NCBI GenBank assembly: GCA_963821145.1
Contig: CAWGCV010000009.1
Coordinates: 36,412 to 100,411, forward strand
Direction: 5' to 3'
Length of the DNA: 64,000 nt
Origin: an uncultured Acidobacteriota bacterium
GTDB lineage: Bacteria; Acidobacteriota; Terriglobia; Terriglobales; Acidobacteriaceae
A program made the position numbers and the translations under genes. Positions 20,613-28,522 of this stretch are shown here, piece after piece. The notes beneath the pieces are model-generated. The model was not told the DNA's origin. It saw only the letters and a program-made list of their open reading frames with translations, and searched no databases. Numbering within the stretch: position 1 is the first letter of the stretch; the number at the start of each line of letters is the position of its first letter.

Positions 20613-21491
20613 CTAGTCATCGTGATGCCACCTGGATTTCGGCGGTGCGGGTTCCGTCGGAGCATTCCTGCCAGTCACGATCAGAAACGCAACAAGGTCA
20701 TCGAGTTCCTTTGATGTTAATCGGGTTCCATAATCATGCGGCATCAGGGAGTGATCGGTATAGCTCACAGCGGCCAGGCTGCTCCTCGATAGAAAGTGGT
20801 ACCGTCCATCCTCCGTTTGCAGGGTAATGTTCAGGTTATCTTCCGAGCGCACCACGCCGGTAAGACTCTCTCCTGCATTGGTGCGGACGTGTACCACGCG
20901 CGATGTCGGCTGCAAATCCGCATCCGGACTGACAATCGCCTGCATGATTTCATCCGCCGATCGATTCCTTGCGAAGGAGGTCAATTCTGCCGCCATAAAT
21001 CCGCCTTTGCCAAGGATCATGTGGCAAGTGGAGCATTGCCCCTTGCCGTCAAAAATTTTCTGGCCCCTGCCCGGATCGCCTGGCAACTTTGCGGATGAAC
21101 CGTCGACGGTCACTCCCTGAAGCGTGCGCAAATACCGCACCACCGCCGCTGTACCCTCATCACCTAGATCAGGAAATGCCGGCATGCCTTGGTCTGCCTC
21201 ACCCTTGTGCACAATGCCAATCAAGTCCTGATTCGACAGTGCAATCACTTTCGGCAGCGTCGCAATCGCTGGGGCACGGCCACCCCTGCCATCCGCACCA
21301 TGACAGTACGCGCACTGGGATGAAAAGATCTGCGCACCTTGATTTTGGTCGGGAGCCATGCTCAGTTCGTCTTGTCCGACGGCTGAACCGCCAAACAGAA
21401 CGAGAAAAAAAAGCATCCCCATCACTACAACACGGTTGCATGTCATGGCTTCAAATCTCTCACTCAAGATTGGCAAAGCCAAGGCTCGCAT
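20613..21491 (-). CDS. Dihaem c-type cytochrome (probable electron acceptor of the PQQ dehydrogenase)
   Basis: Two CxxCH motifs (SQCAYCHGADGRGG and GQCSTCHMILGKGG) and an N-terminal hydrophobic signal/anchor. It lies 39 nt upstream of the PQQ dehydrogenase. The start may be the internal MTCNRVVV... (ATG 21446). Confidence 0.85.
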   Translation of the reverse strand: MRALALPILSERFEAMTCNRVVVMGMLFFLVLFGGSAVGQDELSMAPDQNQGAQIFSSQCAYCHGADGRGGRAPAIATLPKVIALSNQDLIGIVHKGEADQGMPAFPDLGDEGTAAVVRYLRTLQGVTVDGSSAKLPGDPGRGQKIFDGKGQCSTCHMILGKGGFMAAELTSFARNRSADEIMQAIVSPDADLQPTSRVVHVRTNAGESLTGVVRSEDNLNITLQTEDGRYHFLSRSSLAAVSYTDHSLMPHDYGTRLTSKELDDLVAFLIVTGRNAPTEPAPPKSRWHHDD

Positions 21492-21520
21492 AGGACGCGT
21501 TTCTCCGTGAACAAAATCTT

Positions 21521-22897
21521 CTACCTGGCATTCGTCCCATCATTGGAAGGAGCCGGAAGTACCTGAACTTCTCCCAGCGGTCCGCGATCGAGACCGTTGG
21601 AATCCACCAGATGCACTGAGACCCGCGTTGTTTTCGGCGGCGCCTGGATAGTGATGTGCAACTGCACAGGCTCGGTGGGAACGACAGACATCAGCTTGAC
21701 AGTTGTTCGAACCCCTCTTCCGTACAGGTGGGCCACAAGATCTCCTGCATAGAAGACCCCAAAGCTACCGGAAAGTTCGAGGTCACCCGGCGTCGCCGTA
21801 GCGGTCAGCGGCGTTCCAATCACACCACTATATGTCGTTGTCTTGAAGTCCTCTCCCATTCGTGTCGGATACCATTGCGTATCCATCGCGTAACTTTCGC
21901 CGGGCGCCAGTTCGACCATCGGACCGTTCATTTCCGCCTCTACAAATGGGCCTTCGCGCGGTTCAGTGCCTTGCCCCTTCGGCGCGGGAGGAGTATCTTC
22001 ACCGGTTGAATAGAAAATGATTGTGGCTTTGCCGGGATATACAGCAGTGGGATCAATTCGGTGACGCTCAACCATCGTGTATCTGGTCGAACCATCCACC
22101 GCCGCCAGCCATCCCGATGGGGAGTCAATCCACACCTCTTGCATGATGTTGTTCCAGTGCACACGGAACGTACCGTCCTTCACAGTGAAAGCGGGATTGT
22201 CCGCCGGCCCAGTGCGAACGTGGTAGCCGTTCAAATAGACGCTGGTTGGGTTTACCTCCGTGAATCCCCAGAATTTTGTGTTGTCATTATTTGAGCCAGG
22301 GGGACGAGAGGTGGGGTACTCGGTAATCGTTTGCTCTGACCACGTCCGCGGATAGCCGCTCATGTTCTGCATCACCACGTGGAATGAAATCACAGGGGTG
22401 TCCGGCCCGATACTGATGTCACGGATATACCTCTGCCCGATTTCAGGATCGACCGGACCCGTCAACCGCACCGCACACGTAGGTCCGGTGGACAAGACCT
22501 GCAGCGTAAAGGGAGCTCCATCCAAGTTTCCGCCGCCAGACCAATGCTCCTCATCCTGATTGCCCTCCGGCATCGGCCAGATCTTGTCTCCGCCGTAGTT
22601 GCGATCTTCGAACCCCGTGGTTTCCGGCGAAACCACCTTCCCTTGCACCGAGGGATTGACGTAGAGAAAATCATGGCCGCCAAAGGTCACCTGGATCAGC
22701 CGCCCACCGATCTGTGGAACGATCTCCAGCTTCAACCACGGATTGGATAGTTCTTCAGCTTTCCATCCCAGGTAATTTGTTGCACGCACCTGGCAGCCGG
22801 ACGCGGAAGCAGCACACTGCAACGGCAAACCCAGCAGCACCATCGCGGTAAACATTGCTGGAAACCATGCTCTGGTTTTGATAGAAGCGACCTGCAC
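21521..22897 (-). CDS. Secreted protein of unknown function, N-terminal region resembling galactose-mutarotase-fold DUF4380-type proteins
   Basis: 458 aa with a signal peptide (AMFTAMVLLGLPLQCAASASG). N-terminal pattern WLKLEIVPQIGGRLIQVTFGGHDFLYVNP. It lies 9 nt downstream of the triple-RidA gene. The fold assignment is tentative. Confidence 0.5.
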   Translation of the reverse strand: MQVASIKTRAWFPAMFTAMVLLGLPLQCAASASGCQVRATNYLGWKAEELSNPWLKLEIVPQIGGRLIQVTFGGHDFLYVNPSVQGKVVSPETTGFEDRNYGGDKIWPMPEGNQDEEHWSGGGNLDGAPFTLQVLSTGPTCAVRLTGPVDPEIGQRYIRDISIGPDTPVISFHVVMQNMSGYPRTWSEQTITEYPTSRPPGSNNDNTKFWGFTEVNPTSVYLNGYHVRTGPADNPAFTVKDGTFRVHWNNIMQEVWIDSPSGWLAAVDGSTRYTMVERHRIDPTAVYPGKATIIFYSTGEDTPPAPKGQGTEPREGPFVEAEMNGPMVELAPGESYAMDTQWYPTRMGEDFKTTTYSGVIGTPLTATATPGDLELSGSFGVFYAGDLVAHLYGRGVRTTVKLMSVVPTEPVQLHITIQAPPKTTRVSVHLVDSNGLDRGPLGEVQVLPAPSNDGTNAR

Positions 22898-22906
22898 GCA
22901 CTCTCC

Positions 22907-24145
22907 TCAGTGAAGTGGCTGCCTCACCGCGATAAAAGAAATCTGCTCGACATCTTCCGACTTCATATCGAAATTCTGCTGCAGCGTCGTGCGCGCCGGA
23001 AAAGTATCTTTGAAGAATGTACCGTAGAGAGACACGACTGGGTCTTGGTCCGTCACATCGCGGAGATAAATCGTCGAAGACACGACGTTTGAAAAATCCA
23101 TATCTGCCTTCTGCAATCCATCCAGCAGGCTGCGCATGGACATCCTCACCTGGATACCTAACTCCGGCGAAAACAAGCCCAAGGCCGGAACATATGCGTC
23201 CTTCGCCGAAAGATACAGGGTATCTCTATACAGGATGCCCGGGCTTGCGGTGGGGCTGGGCTTCTCATTTCTGGGGCGAATCGACATGCGTTTGGATAGG
23301 TCTGCACCTGCAATGCAACTGAACACAATGTGCGCGTGATTCGGAAGTTCCACCACCTGAATTGTTCCTCTGCCGGGCGTATTCCCGAACTCAAAGTAGG
23401 ACGCATAGATTTTGTTCATCACATGTTCTGGGCCGCTATCGCTGCTCAGGTACGGATTGACCCAGATGACATTCGCCATGCTCATGTTGGCAGCCTTCGC
23501 CACCGCCGCCACATTGTCGAGAGCTTGCTTGACCTCTCCGGCATAATCGGCCGCAACTTTTCCAGTCAGCGGATCTGCCCCACTCTGCGCCGACATATAG
23601 AGAACGTCATCGGTCTCGATTCCAGCAGGATCGATGTGCGGTCCCTGCGGCCATCCCGTCGGATGAATCACGCGGCGGCGGGCGGCACTACTCACCGCGA
23701 TGCAGTTGATTTCGATATTTTCGCCATTGGGCAGACTCGCGACCCCCAGCACGGTGCGGGCAGGTGGGTCTGCTCCGATCGTCTTCCAATAGACCTGATT
23801 CATCCCATCCAGGTTCGACATGTGGGTGAGATAGATGTTCATCCACACTACATTGCCGAAATCCATTCCTGCCGCTCGCAACAAGCCTTGCACATGGTCC
23901 AAAGACTGGCGCACTTCCTTCTGAAAATCTTTAGGAACTTCGCCGTTCGAATTTCGTCCATCCTGGCCGGAAACGTAGAGCGTCCGATTCACCAGAATGC
24001 CGGCGCTCGAAGCCGACCCCACGTGATCGCTGTCAACCTTGATAACCTTGATCGCGCCGCCAGCCTGCGCAAACAATTGCGCGCCGGCCACGGCCAGCAG
24101 AAAACATAAGACGATATATCGGTTGCATTTCAACGGATAACGCAT
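22907..24145 (-). CDS. Secreted protein made of three tandem RidA/YjgF/L-PSP (reactive-intermediate deaminase) domains
   Basis: 412 aa with a signal peptide (IVLCFLLAVAGAQLFAQA). Three ~120-aa repeats each end in a RidA-type C-terminal motif: PARTVLGVASLPNGENIEINCIAV, PGRGTIQVVELPNHAHIVFSCIAG and FPARTTLQQNFDMKSEDVEQISFIAV. Confidence 0.8.
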   Translation of the reverse strand: MRYPLKCNRYIVLCFLLAVAGAQLFAQAGGAIKVIKVDSDHVGSASSAGILVNRTLYVSGQDGRNSNGEVPKDFQKEVRQSLDHVQGLLRAAGMDFGNVVWMNIYLTHMSNLDGMNQVYWKTIGADPPARTVLGVASLPNGENIEINCIAVSSAARRRVIHPTGWPQGPHIDPAGIETDDVLYMSAQSGADPLTGKVAADYAGEVKQALDNVAAVAKAANMSMANVIWVNPYLSSDSGPEHVMNKIYASYFEFGNTPGRGTIQVVELPNHAHIVFSCIAGADLSKRMSIRPRNEKPSPTASPGILYRDTLYLSAKDAYVPALGLFSPELGIQVRMSMRSLLDGLQKADMDFSNVVSSTIYLRDVTDQDPVVSLYGTFFKDTFPARTTLQQNFDMKSEDVEQISFIAVRQPLH

Positions 24146-24250
24146 TCGTCCTCCCAGGAAAACCGCTCCCTCTCCATATGTTCGTTCCCCGCTGAATCAC
24201 TTGCGCGACGGCAATCCACAATCGAGTCGATGAAATATTATTCCGACAAC

Positions 24251-25174
24251 TTAATGTTGAGCTCCCTCTTGCTGCATGCCCGGGTACCATGAGCGCACGC
24301 AAAGCAGTCGCGATGTAACATTGGGAGCGCTGTAATATCCAACCGTGGCATTGAGCCGAAAAAAATAGGCATCGCCGGCTTTTGCAGGATGTCGTCCGGC
24401 AATTCCGTCCATCCCCCCGCCGGCCACGATGTCGCCATGTCCGCTTAACACCAGGTAAATCTCTTCCTCACGCTGGTGATGATGAGGAAAGTTGGTCCCG
24501 TCGGGTGCGATCTCCATCAGAAAAAGGCTGGTCAGTACGCGACCCGCCGCAGTCCGGTCACGCCTACTTTCGACATCTCCCATCAGCAGACGAAAACGGG
24601 TGGAATCCGGATGGCCATTGACCAGGGTGGTCGGAACGTCCTCGATATTGGCCTTCAAGGGATGCGATGGAATTGGAGCTTTCTCAAATCCTTTGGTGTA
24701 AAAACCCATGACTACCACGGTCAGCGGCGCCGCCGATGTATTCGTTAGAGCATGGGCAACCGTCGATGGGATATATAGATAATCCTCGGTCTTCAGCGGC
24801 ACCTCGTCATCTGCGTATTTTGCGTAGCCGTTTCCATGGAGTACGACGTATACCTGGTCTTCTTGAGAATATTGAACCTTGGCGCATGAGCCGTGAGGAT
24901 CGATGACTGCCTCTCCATATCGAGCGACGCCAACCACCACGGACGTATCAGGGTCGCCCTTGCCGAAAAGGGGTTTGTAGTGGCATGTAGCCGTGGTGAT
25001 GTCGGAGGGTTTCTCTGGGGCGGTTCTTGTGTTGCGATACAGATATGTGGGATCAATTTTGCGATCGTCGGCGTGGATTGATAGCGTCCACACGATGGCC
25101 GCCATCAGGACAACTGGTGCAACCGCGTACCGTCGACTGTGATGCATTGGGAGATCACCTGTCTTGCCGTACAA
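24251..25174 (-). CDS. Secreted bicupin protein
   Basis: 307 aa with an N-terminal signal (YAVAPVVLMAAIVWTLSIHA). The C-terminal cupin has a metal motif (GTNFPHHHQREEEIYLVLSGHG). The N-terminal cupin-like half (QEDQVYVVLHGNG) lacks the HxH. Confidence 0.65.
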   Translation of the reverse strand: MYGKTGDLPMHHSRRYAVAPVVLMAAIVWTLSIHADDRKIDPTYLYRNTRTAPEKPSDITTATCHYKPLFGKGDPDTSVVVGVARYGEAVIDPHGSCAKVQYSQEDQVYVVLHGNGYAKYADDEVPLKTEDYLYIPSTVAHALTNTSAAPLTVVVMGFYTKGFEKAPIPSHPLKANIEDVPTTLVNGHPDSTRFRLLMGDVESRRDRTAAGRVLTSLFLMEIAPDGTNFPHHHQREEEIYLVLSGHGDIVAGGGMDGIAGRHPAKAGDAYFFRLNATVGYYSAPNVTSRLLCVRSWYPGMQQEGAQH

Positions 25175-25210
25175 ATGAACAAATTATTCCGCGTATAACC
25201 AGAAATCGCT

Positions 25211-26509
25211 TCACGCAGATTGTTTGCGCGCTTTGTTGAGTACCTGGCGGAGACGATTGCCAACGATTAAGTCTTCTCCAGGTTGCAGCGTCATCGAGAT
25301 AATCTGCAAAGGATTCGGATGGGATCGGTGGTGCCGCTTCGGATCACGCGGGATGCGGTCCAGAACTCCGCTGGGATTGCTATCCGTCAGTACCTCAATC
25401 CGCGGGTCTCCATCGCTCAACTGCTTCGCGCATTGAGCGATCGTCAATCCAAACTTTGCCTCATCCCACATCACGGACAAAGTTGGATAACTGTTGCCGT
25501 CGTCGGGGGTCATAATATTGGTCGTAACTCCGGGCACCGTTTCGATCAGCTTCTGGATGCGTTCCACCCGGCTCTGCCACTCCTTATTCAAAACAGTCAT
25601 GTCTGCGCGCGACCAATATTCAACCGCCGCAAGAATACCCATGATCTCTTCCTTGCCGACTTTCATCGGGCGGCATACTGCGCCTTCCCATGGATTGGTG
25701 TTGTACAGCGCCGCATCGATCAGATCTTTGCGGCCTAGCAGCACTCCCGAACATTGCGGGCCAGACAGTCCTTTTCCGCCGCTAAAACAATAGAGATCGA
25801 CGCCGATCTTTGCATAGTGTGTAAACCACTGGAATGGAGGAATGCCAGCCGCATCATCAACCAAGAGAGGAACTCCAGCGGGCTTGGTGATCTTCAGAAT
25901 TCGCTCCAGCCGGTCGTCACGCCAGGTGGTATATACCATGGCGGTTTGGGGAGTCATTACAGACGGCAGATCTTCCACCGTCTTGGCCACGACTAGCTTT
26001 CCTCCCGCAAGCCGGATTGCGCTGTCGAAGGGGCTTCTGCCCTCCATCATGACAACTTCGCTCCTGAGTCCGGTGGTATCGGGCAATTGCCATACGTTTT
26101 TAGGATCTGACCCAGCGATACAGGCCGCTGTCGCTGAAGCCATCGCGCCGGCCGAACCTGAGGTGACCATTCCGGATTCAGCTCCAGACAGCTTCGCCAG
26201 ATAACGTCCCACTCCCGCCTGCAATTCAAACATGTCGACAAAGTAGTGAGACGCCTCCTCCTCCGCTCGTAGGGCCTCTGGCAGTTCCAGAGATCCACAC
26301 AGGTACGTCCAAGTACCACGCGCGTTGATCAACGGGCGAACACCTAAACGAGTGTAAACATTGTTGGAGAAGGTACTCTTTCCAGCCGAAGCCACGGCGG
26401 AGGCCAGACTTCGGGTTCCAATTGTGGCAAACAGAGGAGCCGCCGCCAACAGCTTGATAAACGACCTTCGGTCACTTACCCCAGGTTGCTTTTCATCCAC
26501 CGATAACAT
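25211..26509 (-). CDS. Tat-exported PLP-dependent enzyme of the SelA/DgaE-like (fold-type I) family
   Basis: 432 aa. Twin-arginine signal SDRRSFIKLLAAAPLFATIG..ASAVASA. SelA-family PLP-lysine motif YCFSGGKGLSGPQCSGVLLG. N-terminal VRPLINARGTWTYLCGS pattern. Confidence 0.75.
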   Translation of the reverse strand: MLSVDEKQPGVSDRRSFIKLLAAAPLFATIGTRSLASAVASAGKSTFSNNVYTRLGVRPLINARGTWTYLCGSLELPEALRAEEEASHYFVDMFELQAGVGRYLAKLSGAESGMVTSGSAGAMASATAACIAGSDPKNVWQLPDTTGLRSEVVMMEGRSPFDSAIRLAGGKLVVAKTVEDLPSVMTPQTAMVYTTWRDDRLERILKITKPAGVPLLVDDAAGIPPFQWFTHYAKIGVDLYCFSGGKGLSGPQCSGVLLGRKDLIDAALYNTNPWEGAVCRPMKVGKEEIMGILAAVEYWSRADMTVLNKEWQSRVERIQKLIETVPGVTTNIMTPDDGNSYPTLSVMWDEAKFGLTIAQCAKQLSDGDPRIEVLTDSNPSGVLDRIPRDPKRHHRSHPNPLQIISMTLQPGEDLIVGNRLRQVLNKARKQSA

Positions 26510-26749
26510 AGCGCTCCTTGACCTATTCGAGAGAAGCAGTACCGAAAAATATCTCAGCGATCGACGATCCTCGGCAACCGTGAGATCACATTCAATCCCT
26601 GCCCAGCGACAGTAAGCTACAACTGGAAGTCAGGGTCGAGCACCCTTGTAACGCCCGAGCGATGCCCCTGAATATACATAACGGTAATATGTAGAAACAA
26701 GCCATAAGTTTAGAAAACCAGATTCAAAGGCACGCGAAACGCGACGCGG

Positions 26750-28105
26750 CTAAATTGCGGGCCTTCCCTCGAGAGGACGTTCCGGGTGCACAGTCAGCCA
26801 GCAAGCAGCGCTGATGAGTGCAAGCGAAGCGGCAATCGCAAAAGAGGTTGTCCACCCATAACGCTGCGCAATCCAGGGAGTCAGCGATGCCGTCACGGCT
26901 CCCCCGATCTGACCTCCCATGTTCATCATGCTTGAGAAGATACCGGAATTATCACCCGCGATATCCGCTGAGGTCGACCAGTACGAGCTCTGCGATACAT
27001 ACAGCGCGCCCGCTCCACAGGCTAGAATCAAACCGGCCAGATGGGGGCTCCCGGTCTGAGAACCAATAATCAGAAACAGCGCCGTCACCACCATTGAAGC
27101 CGCCGCCAGCATACACCTGCCAACTCGCAAGCCATATCGTTCGGTGAGCTTGTCGCTCAGAATCCCGCCCGCAAGACAGCCCACGGTCATCGAGAGGAAC
27201 GGCAGCATCGTGTAACGCGCACTGGATCGGAGATCGAATCCCCGCACCTGCGCCATATATAGAAAAAACCAGCTGAAGTATATCCACGCGATATAGCCAT
27301 AACTGAAGTAGCTGGCCATCAAGGCAAGCAGGTCGCGCCGATGAAAAATCGCTCTCCAACGGATGGCCGGCCTCTCGCTTTCACTGGCGACGACCCTTAG
27401 GTTCAGAGCGCTTTTGATCTCCCGCAACTCAGCCGGCTGCACTGCCGGATGTTCCTCCGGAATATCGCGCGCGATCAGCCACCACACAATTCCGACAACA
27501 CAACCCAGAATCGCACTGAACCAGAACGCGGAGCGCCAGCCATGGTGGCTGATCAGCCACGCAAGCATCGGCGGGGTAAATCCGCTGCCCGCTCCCACAC
27601 CAGCAAAGATCAGCCCATTGATGACGCCTCGCTCCTGCTGCGGAACCCATCGCGCCACAAACTGGTTAGCTGCGGGATAAACAACCGATTCTCCTACCCC
27701 CAGAAGAAAACGCATTGCAATTAACAGCACCACCGCGTGCTCAATTTTGGTCGGCAGCATCGCCGTCAGCGCCGTCGTGGCCCCCCATAACAGCACTCCA
27801 ACGGTCAGCACTCGACGCGGTCCGAACCGTGATGACAACCATCCTGCGGGCAATTGACATACGGCATACCCGATCAGAAACGAACTAAAAATCCACCCTA
27901 GCCGTTGGTTTCCTAGTCCGTATTCCCGGCTGATAGCTGATCCAGCTATCGATATATTTATGCGGTCTAAGTATGCGACACCACTTAATATGAATAGCCA
28001 GAATGCCAGTATGTAGCGGAGTCGTATACCCTTCACAGTCGACATCTGGCGACTACTCGGCCATGCAAGCACGCGGGTCGGTGCGCTTGGACTGGAATGG
28101 AACAA
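26750..28105 (-). CDS. MFS transporter, anion:cation symporter (ACS; sugar-acid/hexuronate/galactonate-type) family
   Basis: 451 aa with ~12 TM helices. ..YLDRINISIAGSAI..LGWIFSSFLIGYAVCQLPAGWLSSRFGPRRVL.. is typical of ACS-family MFS. The start may be the internal MSTVKG (ATG 28045). Confidence 0.8.
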   Translation of the reverse strand: MFHSSPSAPTRVLAWPSSRQMSTVKGIRLRYILAFWLFILSGVAYLDRINISIAGSAISREYGLGNQRLGWIFSSFLIGYAVCQLPAGWLSSRFGPRRVLTVGVLLWGATTALTAMLPTKIEHAVVLLIAMRFLLGVGESVVYPAANQFVARWVPQQERGVINGLIFAGVGAGSGFTPPMLAWLISHHGWRSAFWFSAILGCVVGIVWWLIARDIPEEHPAVQPAELREIKSALNLRVVASESERPAIRWRAIFHRRDLLALMASYFSYGYIAWIYFSWFFLYMAQVRGFDLRSSARYTMLPFLSMTVGCLAGGILSDKLTERYGLRVGRCMLAAASMVVTALFLIIGSQTGSPHLAGLILACGAGALYVSQSSYWSTSADIAGDNSGIFSSMMNMGGQIGGAVTASLTPWIAQRYGWTTSFAIAASLALISAACWLTVHPERPLEGRPAI

Positions 28106-28161
28106 GTTGGCTGGACCAGAAAAACCAAAGCGTCCTATATCTCAGGATCATAAGTAGGCCA

Positions 28162-28178
28162 ATTGTCAGCATGACAAT
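28162..28178. promoter_or_regulatory. Inverted repeat ATTGTCA-GCA-TGACAAT, candidate operator upstream of the MFS-led cluster
   Basis: Perfect 7-bp arms with a 3-nt spacer, 57 nt upstream of the longest MFS start. TGTCA half-sites recur at about 28447 and 28512 in the same 417-bp non-coding gap. No binding protein is identified. Confidence 0.3.
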
Positions 28179-28291
28179 CCATCACAACGACATGGAAAAC
28201 AATGCTTCCATGCGGGGAATTGCAGTTCGTCGGACATTTCAATTCAGGTGTGGCGATGCTTTTGCGCAGGCTGCAGGGTCGTTCTTCTTCT

Positions 28292-28303
28292 CGAGCATGC
28301 TCG
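28292..28303. promoter_or_regulatory. Perfect 12-bp palindrome CGAGCATGCTCG in the same intergenic region
   Basis: Read directly. It is self-complementary over all 12 positions. Function unknown. Confidence 0.2.
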
Positions 28304-28522
28304 TCATTGACGGTCTCCCGACTACGATAGGAGGTTGATCACTCGATTCATTCTGCTTTCTATCTTTCCCTGGCGTAAATCGCCGCAGAGTGACTCCAAA
28401 CGCAACTATCTACAAGTGAAAAGATAATAGGGGCCTGTATCTGCCGATGTCAATGACTTTTGAGAATTGAGGAATTCAGGCTCAGCCGCTGCACATGAAC
28501 CATTCGTAATTGTCATTGGCCT

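Noticed and set aside
23330-24109. 259-aa plus-strand ORF
   Set aside because: It lies entirely antisense to the triple-RidA gene. Its composition is His/Arg-rich with no domain pattern.
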